NCBI GenBank assembly: GCA_038087875.1 | Contig: CM075989.1 | Location: 1,736,001-1,800,000, forward strand | Direction: 5' to 3' | DNA from: Malacoraja senta | Lineage: Eukaryota | DNA: 64,000 nt | In this document: one piece after another, positions 1-11,804 of the stretch | How positions within the stretch are numbered: the first letter of the stretch is position 1 | Layout: each line of letters starts with the position of its first letter | The notes under the pieces: model-generated | What the model was told of the DNA's origin: nothing | Database searches by the model: none | The model's input: only the letters and a program-made list of their open reading frames with translations | Position numbers and translations under genes: made by a program

Positions 1-275
1 TGACTACATGAAGAGCCCGCCAGGGCGCATGCGCGACATATCGCTAGCGCAGGCGGGGGGGGGGGGGGGGGAACGCTCCCCGCAGCGGTAAGCTTAAAAC
101 AGAGACCTACAGATAAGTTTCTTACTCTGAGGTAGTTTTTCGTGTGTCTTTCTGTTCCAGGAAGGGCAACGATGGACAGGACCCGTACCAAGTCCAAACG
201 AGCCGCTAAGAAACTGGCTCAGGAGGACCGCGGAAGTACCGGGAGCCAGCAGCGGCCGACTGCAGCACCGCACCT

Positions 276-1283
276 TTGCGATCAGCGGTCTCTGTCCGGG
301 CACCTGTGCAGCCTGGGTCGCCACAGGCTGACAGGAACGCCAATAGATTGGACACGCTCATGGACTCCGATGTGTCGGGCCATGAGCAAACGGCGCCGGC
401 AAACAGCGACAGTAGTCGCATTACACGTCTGGAGCGGCTAGTGGAGCAATTGCTTCACCGTGACAAACTCCGTGAGCAGGAGTCAAGTCACTACCGGCTT
501 CCGAGGAAGCCCATGGCAGTACCTTTTTCAGGGCTGCACAATGTATCTCCCTCGACAGAGGGGAGCATTGGGAATCATTTCTGGGCTGACTCCGAACAAG
601 GGTTGGCTGAAGATACCTCAAGTGTGCAGGGGGTGCCAGAAGAGAAGATGCTGGGCATGGTGAAAAAGTTTGCGGTGCCTCCACAGTCAGGGCAGCCGCT
701 GAAACAACAACTAGCAGCCAGCATTGACTACCTATCAACCCATCAATTACAAGAACAGGCAGTTAATGAAACTACTGCAAAATACCTGGCACCAGGGAAC
801 TGTACTTCACTGAATTTCCCAGCAGTGAATCCCTCCATCTGGGGACATATTGGTGCAGGTGTAAGGGCACAGGAGGTACAAATGCAGAAAATCCTTCAAC
901 TTTTAACAACTGGGATTACAGCATTTGCCCGGTCGGTGGATGACACGGAAATGACAGAGGCTCAGCAAGATACGCTGGCGTGGCTCTGCAATACACATTT
1001 CAAGATGAACTGTTTCCGTAAGAACTCCATCCTCCCAGCCTTGAACCCCAAATTTGCGTCTCTGTGTAAGACCAACACCACACCGCCGCCAATTTTGTTA
1101 TTTGGGGGCAACCTGTCCAAACAGGTTAAAGACCTGGATGAAGAGGCGAAAGCCGCCGGGCTCATCAAGGCATCGGGGAAAATACCTCGGCGACAGCACC
1201 CCTACGCATCCACCAGCAGGCCACGTCACATCGAAGCTGGTGAAAGCTCGAAGGCCGCAACTCAAGGACAAAGGTCTTTTTAG
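276..1283 (+). pseudogene. DIRS gag-like ORF1 (copy A), C-terminus cut by a 1-nt loss in a T run
   Basis: 335-aa ORF homologous to ORF 5952-7049 (VNxxIW, PALNPKFAxLC, LLFGxxL); occupies the ORF1 position. Confidence 0.85.
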
Positions 1284-1390
1284 ACCGCGGCCCAGAGCGA
1301 CCTTCGTGGAAGATGCGCCAACCCTGAATACCAGCACCTCAATCGGCCAAGAAACAGAAGAAAAAGAGATGAACACCCCACTGGGTAACC

Positions 1391-3325
1391 ATGGAGGTAG
1401 GTGGGTCTGGTTCCTCCCAGGGACTTAGCGGGTGCAATGGATACACTTGTTGGTGGTAGGTTACACTGGTTTAATGAGGCATGGAGATCAATAACCTCTG
1501 ATTCTTATACACTGCATAGTGTTCAAGGGTATGAAATTGAATTAGAAAACAAACGCCTTCCTCCGGTTCAGCATGCGCCCATCAGATCATTTATTCTATC
1601 ACAACAAGAGAAGTTGGATGGTCATGCTGAAATTAAGAGGCTTTATACTAAGGGTGTAATTGAGAGATCTCAACATGAGTCTCAGAATTTGTGTCAAACA
1701 TTTTCACAAAAAAGAAAAAAGATGGTGGATGTCGCATCATTATTGATTTAAGACAATTGAACACATTTGTGCAGTATACTCACTTCAAAATGGAAACCTT
1801 TGACACGGCCAAACAATTGATTTCCGAAGGCTACTTCATGGCATGCATCGATTTAAAAGATGCATACTATTCGGTCCCTATACACAAGGATCACCGCCGA
1901 TATCTGAAGTTTAACTGGATGGGGCAGCTTTGGCAGTACAAAGCACTACCTAATGGGTTGACCTCAGCCCCCAGATTATTCACTAAATTACTGAAACTAG
2001 CTATGGCGGTTCTTCGGAAACAAAAACATATAGTCATGGCGTATTTAGATGACATACTAATCATGGGTAAAACCTATGAATTACCCTATTAAGCTGTTAC
2101 AGCTACCATAGGTCTATTTGAGAAACTGGGGTTTATCATACATCCAGATAAATCAAAGTTAACACCATCCACGAATATGGATTATTTGGGATTCACCATT
2201 AATTCAGTTCACATGACTGTGACTTTACCTAGGGGAAAGGCAACTGAATTAATGGAAGTTTGCAGCAACCTTGCTGTCATCAGTCAACCATCTATCAGAC
2301 TAGTAGCAAGGGTAATTGGCAAAATCGTAGCTGCTTTTCCAGCGACACACTTTGGACCTTTGCACTATCAAAATTTACAGAGAGCAAAGGTGCGAGCACT
2401 TAAAAATCATGCTGGTCATTTCGATAGACCAATGCAATTACCAACAAAAGCTATTTTGGAACTGCGATGGTGGACAAATAACATTCGGCGTTCCTACAGC
2501 TCCATTATTATTTGCAACCCGTCAGTTGTATTACAGACTGATGCCAGCGCTCAAGGTTGGGGTGCCACCAACACCATCTCCAGTTGTGGGGGCAGATGGG
2601 ATGCGCATGAATCATCTTTGCTTTATACACTTGATATCAATTATTTGGAAATGTTGGGAGCATTCTATGGTTTGAAGGCGTACTGTTCAAAAATGCATCA
2701 TTTGCATGTTCGCCTGCAAATAGATAATACCACTGTGGTGGCTTATATTAATCACATGGGTGGAATCAGATCGATATCATGTGATGATCTGGCCAATTCA
2801 ATCTGGCAATGATATATCCAGAGAAACATTTGGATATCTGCTATTTACCTACCAGGTAAATTTAATTCAGTGGCAGAGACCAGGTCACGGAAATTTAATG
2901 ACAACACTGAATGGATGTTGGACCCCAAAGTGTTTGCAGATATCATAGCAAGATATGGAACACCAGATATCGATCTATTTGCATCTAGGCTTAACCACCA
3001 GTTGCCGACATATGTTGTGTGGGAACCAGACCCTGGGGCAGCAGCGATGGATGAATTTTCGCTGCACTGGGGAAATTTGTTTTTCTATGCATTTCCCCCC
3101 TTCTGCCTCATCAGTCGGGTCTTACGCAAAATACAACAAGACTCTGCGTCAGGTATTTTGGTAGTACCCGCCTGTCCTACCCAGCCATGGTTCCCTGTGG
3201 TTCTCGACATGGTTTCAGAACCATGTATGGCCGTCACTAAAAGACCAGACTTGATGGTCCATCCTGTAACTGGCGAAAGTCATCCATGCCATGACAGGAC
3301 TAATCTGTTAATTTGCAGAATTTGA
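1391..3325 (+). pseudogene. DIRS pol: reverse transcriptase, RNase H and DNA N6-adenine-methyltransferase-like domain (disrupted)
   Basis: IDLKDAY, LPNGLTSAPRLF, YLDD; RH TDAS, INYLE, DNTT; MT DLFASRLN...YAFPPF; several stops and frameshifts. Confidence 0.93.
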
Positions 3326-4294
3326 ATAGGCCACTTCTGGATCTTGGACTGACGGACCGAACCATCAACATGATCACGGCGGCACAAAGAGAGTCTACCA
3401 GAAAACAGTACCTGACTTACATCAGGAAATGGGAACGTTATTGTTCCAGGACTAATGTTGAGTATAACTCAGCCATTGTAACTAATGTCCTGGAGTTCCT
3501 CTCTACCCTTCATTTTGATGAAAGGCTTAGCTACAGTGCCATCAACAGCGCCAGGAGTGCCCTATCCACCTATTTGTGGCAGGGATTCGACCACCATTCA
3601 CTGGGGTCTCACCCCTTGGTTTCCAAACTAATGAGGGGTATATTCAACTCGAATCCCCCAGGGCAAGATACTCTAACATTTGGGATGTGAGTATTGTGTT
3701 GACGTTGCTTCGGGGTTGGTCACCAGCAACATCCCTGTCCCTGGAGAAACTTACCCTTAAATTGGTAATGCTGATGGCACTGGTCTCGGCCCAGCGGGTG
3801 CAATCGCTACACAAATTACGTCTGGACTCGATGGTCAAAGGGACTAATAATATAACTTTTTATATTCATGAACTGGTAAAACAAAACAGACCAGGGTCAC
3901 CAGGCCTTAAACTAGAGTTTCGGGCATACCCTACAGATGTTCGCTTATGCGTTATGACACATCTGTTACTTTACATAGAACTAACAGCTAAAGTAAGAGG
4001 CAAAGAATTGGCACTTTTAGTGAGCCACAAAAGACCTCACAACAGGGTATCGGCCCAAACAATATCTAGGTGCTTCGACAGGTTTTAGGGGCAGCAGGGG
4101 TGGATACTGATATTTACAAATCTCATTCCACCAGGGCTGCAGCCACATCGGCAGCACGGCACATGGAGGTTCCAATGGATCACATCTTGGGTACGGCAGG
4201 ATGGTCCAGGGAGAAGACCTTCCAAGAATTTTATAATAAGCCAGTTGCTAAGCCTGTGACTTTTGCAGATACTATTTTGAGTTCTGTTTTATAA
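3313..4294 (+). pseudogene. DIRS tyrosine recombinase (disrupted)
   Basis: STRKQY..W, SYSAINSARSALS, SAQRVQSL, HSTRAAATS, GWS..TF..FY; two frameshifts. Confidence 0.93.
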
Positions 4295-4466
4295 TACGCC
4301 CCGAAGGATAGGAGTCATTATTATAATTTGTGTTAATAAATCACTTATTGTTTCTTTTAACAATTGATTCATGTCCGGATTTGTTAACATACTTCCTCCT
4401 CAGTCTACGACAGCAGGGTGTGAAGCATGGACTCGTTCCGTGGCATGAAATCACAGAGCTTTAAAA

Positions 4467-4579
4467 TCTTCACGTAGTCACTCACGTGAATCTGAAGTAA
4501 AATAGTTAAAATAAATGAGAACTTAACAGTTTGAAGTTTGATCTTTATTTTATGAGGAGTTACGTTGAGGGATTATGTG
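4467..4579 (+). promoter_or_regulatory. ICR of DIRS copy A
   Basis: First part is complementary to the element 5' end (as seen in copies B and C), second part to its 3' end; joined at GAAGTAA|AATAG. Confidence 0.9.
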
Positions 4580-4793
4580 CCCTCCACGCCCACCCTCTAT
4601 TATAAAGGGCAGCTGGTATTATTGTTCTTATCTTACTATGTTATTTCGACTACCGTATCTGTGATTTCACACCACTGCTTTGAAGATATGTCGCTCATGC
4701 GCCCTGGCGGGCTCTTCACGTAATCCCTCAACGTAACTCCTCATAAAATAAAGATCAAACTTCAAACTGGTAAGCTCGTTTAATCTTACTATT

Positions 4794-5814
4794 AATGATA
4801 ATAGTAACCTCCCTCAACCGGGAGGAAACTATAAACAGAACCGAACATAGAGTTGGCAAATACCCCAGGCCTGGCAATGGGTTAGTTTTAAAATGTTTGG
4901 AAGATCGTTCGTTTGACCATCCTGCAGCCGCTAGGATGTGGTCCCTCGAAACGTCCATAACCCTGCTGCTGATGTTGTTGCAGCCCTGGTGGAGTGAGAC
5001 TTTAAAATGTCAGTGTCCTCTCCTGTATAAGCCAGAACCCGTTAACCACCTGGAGATGGTCTGTAGTGATACCTACTTATGACGCTTTATGTAACTAACA
5101 AATATTGCTAGTTCAGAGTCTTTAAGCTCTTAGTGACCTTAACATACTGGTGTAGATGTGTGACCACAAACAACAGAAGGTCCAAGGGATATGCCAACAA
5201 GTCTAGTTTAAGACCTGATGCCCCTGGTCTATTCTGCTTGACTAAGACATAACCATAACATGTTATTTTGCTTGCAGATATAATCATCCTGTCCAGTCCC
5301 TAGCTTAAGCAATGACTGGACCCGTTGCGCTGGACTCAGCGCCGTGAGTACAACCACTTTGTAAGTGAGTTTGACCAAGGACAGGGATGTAGCTGGATCC
5401 CACAGGTGAAGCGGCGTTAGCACAATGTTAACATCCCATATCTCTGCGTACCTGGGACTGGGAGGTTTTGAGTTTGAAGATACCCTTCATAATTTAGATA
5501 TCAGAGAGCGAGACCCGACAGAGTGGATTCTACTCCCCGCAGCCAATATGAAGAGAAGGCACGTTCGGAAAAATAAATGGCACTTTAACTTAATATTTGT
5601 CAAAACCCATATAACCTGAACTTCAAGAAGTCAGTCATCCATGCCGAAACATATGTAATATTAGCATAAATCAACTACTTCCCATCTCCTTATGAGGAAA
5701 ATACAGCTATTTGGTGCTATCCCTGCAATCTGCAGTGAGCATGGCTATGGTTTGGGTTAACAACCCGAGCCATAGGAACGGTCTTCTCTGAGTCTGCAAG
5801 TCAATGAATTGATT
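4794..5814 (-). mobile_element. DIRS copy D, YR and 3'UTR segment (degenerate host of copies A and B+C)
   Basis: Minus-strand YR remnants (AQRVQSL, HILAAAGWS); collinear with copy E 21310-22310. Confidence 0.88.
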
Positions 5815-5951
5815 TTACTTTGGAGTCACGTGAGTGACTACGTGAAGAACCCGCTCAGTGCACAGGCGCGACAGGGGGGCAGCAACAGGCGGCAGGACCG
5901 CTCATAGAGCGCACCGCTATCCCCGAGACCGAGCCAAGCCCAGTCCTGCTA

Positions 5952-7049
5952 ATGCCTGAACAGCGGACAGGGAGAAAAGCCACCAGAAAAACTAACCGGC
6001 CGGTAATTTCCGATTCGTCGGATGGGGACATGTCTCCACCTAAACGGAGGAGAGACAGCCGCCTGAGCTTACAACAGCTCTTGGAGCAGATGCTCCAGCG
6101 GGATACGCAGAAAGAGCGTTCTCACGGAGGAAGGTCAGGCACCTCCTCCACAGTGTCTTGTGCACTGCCCTCTGCTCCCTCATTACTGGAGGCTAGCATT
6201 GGTGACCAGGGTTGGGCTGGTCTGGAACAGGGGCTGGCGGACGAGCTCGGGAGTATGCAAGGGGTGCAGGAGCAGGAAGAGCTGCTGGATGTGGTGGACC
6301 GCTATGTAGCAATCCCACATGCTGGAAGACCGCTGGAACCGAAAATGGTGGCTAGCATCAATCATCTTTCAAATAAGCCCTTGCAGGAGAAGGTGCTTAT
6401 TGAGGCGCTAGAACTCTACACAGCACCAGAGAACTGTGAGGGCCTCAGAGTGAAGAGTGTGAACAGCCAGATCTGGGGGCACGTGGGGTCACACATTCGT
6501 AACCATGAACTAAAGCTACAGCGGATCCTAAGGCTCCTGACGTCGGCCATCACAGCCTTTGCTCGTTCTGTGGAAAGCACGGAGATGGATACCTGCCAGC
6601 AGGATGTGCTGGCACTGATGTGCAACACACAATTTGAGATCAATAATCTCCGGCGTGAAAACATAAGACCTGCCCTCAATCCCAAATTTGCTGGGTTGTG
6701 CAGAGCCCCAGCTCCAGAAACGGATGCTCTATTATTTGGGAAAGACCTCAACAAGAAACTGAGGGACATGGAGGAAGCAGCGAAAACATTCGGCCTCATG
6801 CGGGCAGGCCCCGGGACGAGCAAACCAAGACCTACAATACCCAAGCGGCAGCACCCCACGGCATTCACCAGTCGACGTCCTCAATATGGGACTGGTGAAA
6901 GCTCGGGGACCGCATTTTATCCCCAAAGATCTTTTTTAGATCAGGGCCCAGAGTGGACCCCATGGAAAATGCGCCACCCCCCAACATCGCCAGCAGGGCC
7001 GACAAGCAAAGCCTACAAGAACATGAGGAAACAAAAGAAACGCCAATAA
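5952..7049 (+). CDS. DIRS gag-like ORF1 (copy B), open reading frame; N-terminus probably truncated
   Basis: 365-aa open frame homologous to the other copies; basic C-terminus. Confidence 0.8.
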   Translation: MPEQRTGRKATRKTNRPVISDSSDGDMSPPKRRRDSRLSLQQLLEQMLQRDTQKERSHGGRSGTSSTVSCALPSAPSLLEASIGDQGWAGLEQGLADELGSMQGVQEQEELLDVVDRYVAIPHAGRPLEPKMVASINHLSNKPLQEKVLIEALELYTAPENCEGLRVKSVNSQIWGHVGSHIRNHELKLQRILRLLTSAITAFARSVESTEMDTCQQDVLALMCNTQFEINNLRRENIRPALNPKFAGLCRAPAPETDALLFGKDLNKKLRDMEEAAKTFGLMRAGPGTSKPRPTIPKRQHPTAFTSRRPQYGTGESSGTAFYPQRSFLDQGPEWTPWKMRHPPTSPAGPTSKAYKNMRKQKKRQ

Positions 7050-7051
7050 CC

Positions 7052-8987
7052 ATGGAGGTAGGTGGGTCTGGTTCCTGCCAGCATATAGAGAATAAGGGTG
7101 CTTTACTAACAGGGGGGAGATTACACTTGTTTAAAGAAGCATGGGGTACTGTCACGAGTGATACGTATATACTCAACAGCATTAGTGGATATAAAATTCA
7201 GTTCATGTCATAAAAAACGCCGCCAGTTCAACATTGGCCCCAAAGGGTATTTTCTCCCTCCGTCAAAGAGAAACGTGAGGGACAAGCTGAACTGGTGAGA
7301 CTTATCACAAAGGGGGTCATCGAAAAGACCAAACATGAACCTTTGGAATTTGTATCAAATATATTCACTAAAACCAAAAAAGATGGTGGATGTCGCATCA
7401 TCATTGACTTAACATCACTAAATAAGTTTGTTAAGTATATACATTTCAAAATGGAGACATTTGTTACTGCCAAACAACTGATTTCCAAAGGATACTTCAT
7501 GGCAAGCATTGATCTTAAAGATGCTTACTATCTAATACCCATACACAAGGATCATTGCAGATACCTACAATTTATCTGGTTGGAGCAGCTGTGGCAGTAC
7601 AAAGCATTGCCCAATGGGCTAACTTCAGCCCCAAGATTATTCACCAAAATATTGAAAATAGCCATGGCAATACTAAGAAAACAAAAACATATTGTCATGG
7701 CATAACTGGATGATATTCTGATAGTAGGGAAAACGATGGAATTGGCTGTGGCAGCAGTATCAGCTACAAAACAGCTCCTCGAAACTCTGGGGTTCGTCCT
7801 ACATCCAGATAAATCTAAGTTGAAGCCATCCACTATCATGGACTACCTGGGCTTCACAATTAACTCAGTCCATATGACTGTTACCTCTCCAAAGGAAAAA
7901 ATGGTTGCATTAGCACAATCATGCAACAATTTAATGGTCAACAAACGACCAACTATTCGACAAGTAGCAAGAGTGATTGGGAAAATGGTAGCAGCATTTC
8001 CGGCTACACAATTTGGACCTTTGCACATATTAAAATTTACAAAGAGCAAAGGTACAGGCACTAAAACGACATACTGGTCACTATGATCGTGTCATGAAAT
8101 TACCCACTGAAGCAATATCAGAGCTACAGTGGTGGGCAGAAAATGTTTGGCATAGTTTCAGCTCTATCATCATCACTAACCCTACTTTAGTTCTTCAAAC
8201 AGATGCCAGTGCTCAAGGCTGGGGAGCAACTAACTCCATATCCAGCACAGGTGGTAGATGGACTAACCTAGAGTCATCATTACTACTGACACTGGGCATT
8301 AACTATCTAGAGATGTTGGGCGCCTTTTATGGTTTAAAAGCATATGTATCTAATATGCAGCACTTGCATGTTCAGTTACAGATTGATAATACTACGGTGG
8401 TGGCTTATATTAACCATATGGGCGGCATAAAATCATTATCATGCGACAAATTGGTCAATGTGATTTGGCAATGGTGTGTCGAAAGACATATTTGGCTATC
8501 AGCTACTTATCTACCAGGTAAGCTAAACACAGTGGCAGACACCAGGTCACGCAAATTCAATGACAACATCGAATGGATGTTAAACCCTAAAGTATTTGCT
8601 AAAGTTATTAAGCAGTATGGAACGCCAGATATCGATTTATTTGCATCAAGACTAAATCACCAGTTACCTATGTATGTCGCTTGGGAACCAGACCCAGAGG
8701 CAGCAGCGCTAGATGCCTTCACGCTGGATTGGGGAAATTTCTTCTTCTATGCTTTCCCTCTCTTCTGCCTCATCGGTCGGGTACTTCGCAAAATACAGAT
8801 GGACTCTGCTTCTGGAATTTTGATGGTGCCCGACTGGCCTACACAGCCATGGTTCCCGGTTCTACATGACATGGTGGTTGAGTCACCAATGGTCTTTCCC
8901 AGTGATCCAGGATTATTAACTCAACCAGTATCAGGCATAAGCCACCCATGTCATGAGAAAATTAAACTCCTGCATTGCAGGTTTTGA
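7052..8987 (+). pseudogene. DIRS pol RT/RH/MT (copy B, disrupted)
   Basis: MEVGGSGS..GGRL start; IDLKDAY; YLDD mutated to stop-LDD; TDAS; DLFASRLN. Confidence 0.93.
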
Positions 8988-9957
8988 ATAGACCTTACCT
9001 GGAACTGGGATTGTCCGAACGAACCATCACCACCATGTCGGCATCCCTTCGAACATCCACCAAGAGGCAGTACTAAATCAGCTTAAAAAAATGGGAGAAG
9101 TACTGCCAGGAAACAGGGACAACGTATGCAACAGACACAGCCACCAACGTACTGGAGTTCCTGGCCCATCTACACCATGATGAAGGGATCAGTTACAGTG
9201 CCATCAACACAGCGCGGAGTGCTCTTTCTGCTTACCTCAAACCAGCAGGACAACAGGCAATGGGATCCCATCCACTGGTGGTAAAACTGATGAAGGGCAT
9301 TTATAATATCAAGCCCCTAAACCCAGGTATACCCATATTTGGGATATCAGTGTGGTCCTGACATACCTCAGGGAATGGCCACCAGCCAGATCCCTCAGCC
9401 TCGAGCAATCTACACTAAAGACGCTCATGTTGATGGCACTTGTATCCGCTCAGAGGGTCCAGTCACTACACAAGTTAAGGCTGGACAACATGGTGACCAC
9501 CCCAGATCAGATCACATTCATCATACAGGGTCTGGTGAAGCAAAGCAGGCCAGGAACAGCGAATCCACTGGTGGTATTCCGGGCCTACCCACAAGAGCCA
9601 CGGTTGTGTGTCGTGACCCATCTACAACATTACATAGACACAACCCACAATATCAGAGGGAGTGAAAAAGCCTTATGGGTCAGCCACAAGAAACCTCATG
9701 GCCGGGTAACGAGCCAAACCATTTCAAGATGGCTCAAACAGGTACTGAAGGCTGCCGGAATAGATACTAATACATTTAAATCTCATTCCACTAGGGCAGC
9801 ATCTACATCAACGGCCGAGAGAATGGACGTACCGGTTGACCATATTCTGAATACAGCAGGATGGTCGAGGGAAACGACATTCAGAACTTTTTATAATAAG
9901 CCGTTGATGAAACCTGATTTATTTGCAGAGAAAATATTACAAGCTGCAAATATTTAA
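8981..9957 (+). pseudogene. DIRS tyrosine recombinase (copy B, disrupted)
   Basis: SAQRVQSL, HSTRAAS, GWS..TF..FY; a stop and a frameshift in the 5' third. Confidence 0.92.
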
Positions 9958-10123
9958 TTTAAGCCCGGGGGAGCTATTTAATTTTGTTATTGTTAATAAA
10001 TACCTTTTTTGTTTCTTGAAAAACAGATTCATTGGTTGATTACGATAACACTTCCTCCCTCAAGAACTTCGGCAGTGAGTGAAATAAAACTGTTCCACGG
10101 TTTGAAATCACAGAGCTTTGAAA

Positions 10124-10236
10124 TCTTCACGTAGTCACTCACGTGACTCCGAAGTAAAATAGTAAGATTAAACGAGAACTTACCAGTTTGAAGTTTGATC
10201 TGTATTTTATGAGGAGTTACGATGAGGGATTACGTG
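10124..10236 (+). promoter_or_regulatory. ICR of DIRS copy B
   Basis: Reverse complement of the joined right-end/left-end sequence at about 10385-10497. Confidence 0.92.
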
Positions 10237-11804
10237 CCCTCCGCTCCCACCCTCATTATATGGATCAAACTAATAAATTGATGTCTCCTTTTCTTTACTA
10301 TGTTTACTTCAAATACCTGTGTCTATCTGTGATTCCACACCGCTGCTTGGAAGTATGCCGCGCCTGCGCACTGAGCGGGTTCTTCACGTAATCCCTCATC
10401 GTAACTCCTCATAAAATACAGATCAAACTTCAAACTGGTAAGTTCTCGTTTAATCTTACTATTTTACTTCGGAGTCACGTGAGTGACTACGTGAAGACCC
10501 CGTCCAGCACGCATGCGCGACATTAGCGTTCACGCAGTGCAACAGCGACGACCGGGAGTACAGGCGCTCCCGCTACACGTCGGTGAAAACTAAACAGCGG
10601 ACCATCAGGTAAGTCTTACACTGAGGTCGTAATCCGCAAGCTGTGCTCTGCTCTCTATTCCAGAGGAACTGGGAACAGGAGCAGCACGGCAAAGGAGAAA
10701 ACCGCCCCCCGTTCGACTCCAACAGAACGGGAGTGCTCCATCAGTGGGGGGCGAGAGGCGGCACCGGGACCGCATATGCGGCGGTCCACCCTCATCGAGA
10801 CCGAGCCGAGCCCAGTCCCGCTAGCGCAGCCTGATGAGCGGCAGCGGGCTGGAGGAAAAGTAAAAAAAAAACAAAAAAAAAACGGCCGGTTATGTCTGAC
10901 TCCGATGAGGAGGGTCCGCCTTAGAGCGGCAGAACTAGCCGCCTGAGCCGAATGGAAAGGCTCATGGAGCAACTGCTCCAATGAGACTTGCTTCAGGAGC
11001 TAGAGCAGTCTCGCCAGGGGGATCAGGCACTCCCACAGCAGTGCTCTACAATGCACTGGCCATCGCTTTCCCCTCAAAGCAGGGCAGCGTTGGCGACCAG
11101 GGCTGGGCTGGTCAGGAAGAGGGGTCATTGGCTGAAGATGTCGGGAGTACGCTTGGGGTACAGGATCAGGAAGAGCTGCTGGGTGTGGAGATTCGCTATG
11201 TGGTTTCACCACGAGCAGGGCGGCCATTGGAGCCAAAACTGGCAGCCAGCATCAACCACCTGTCCCTCAAACCCCTACAAGACAGGTACTTAATGAGGCA
11301 CTAGAGCTGGAAAACTGCAGTTCGCTCAATGTACCGGCTGTTAACAGCCAAATCTGGGGGGGGGGGACAGAGTATCCGGAACCAGGAGCTAAAATCCTCA
11401 AGCTCCAGACGACAGGGATAACAGCCTATGCTCGTTCCGTGGATGGGGTGGATATGACCACAAACCAGCAAGACACTCTGGCTCTGCTGTGCTACACCCA
11501 ATATGAGATAAATAACCTCCGCAAGGAGAGAATAAGACCTGCCCTCATGAGGGCAGGCCCCGGAACGAGCAGACCCACACAAAAAACCAGACGGCAGTAC
11601 CCCACCGCGTCCACCAGTCAAGGTCAAATTTATGTAACTGGTGAAAGCTCGGGGTCCGCATACTATCCCCGAAAGCCTTTTTAGGCCAGGGCCCAGAGCG
11701 GACCCCATGGAAAATGCGCCACCCCCAATCAGCAGTACATCAGCAGTACATCCAGCAGTATAACGACGGATGAACAAACGGAAGAAAGGAACACTACCAT
11801 AACT

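Larger units (their letters stand above)
1..4793 (+). mobile_element. DIRS1-like tyrosine-recombinase retrotransposon, copy A (about 20 nt of left end outside window)
   Basis: gag, RT/RH/MT, YR order. Left ITR (GAAGAGCCCGCCAGGGCGCATG) is the reverse complement of right ITR at 4685-4722. ICR at 4467-4579. Ends ...AATCTTACTATT. Confidence 0.95.
5815..10463 (+). mobile_element. DIRS1-like retrotransposon copy B (both termini present, about 200-nt leader deletion)
   Basis: Starts TTACTTTGGAGTCACGTGAG; own ITR pair (GAACCCGCTCAGTGC / GCACTGAGCGGGTTC); ICR 10124-10236. Confidence 0.95.

Noticed and set aside
1391..4294. Prokaryotic RT, methylase and integrase system (retron, DGR, prophage) or contamination
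   Set aside because: Domain order and ITR/ICR structure are those of DIRS1 retrotransposons, in a vertebrate repeat context
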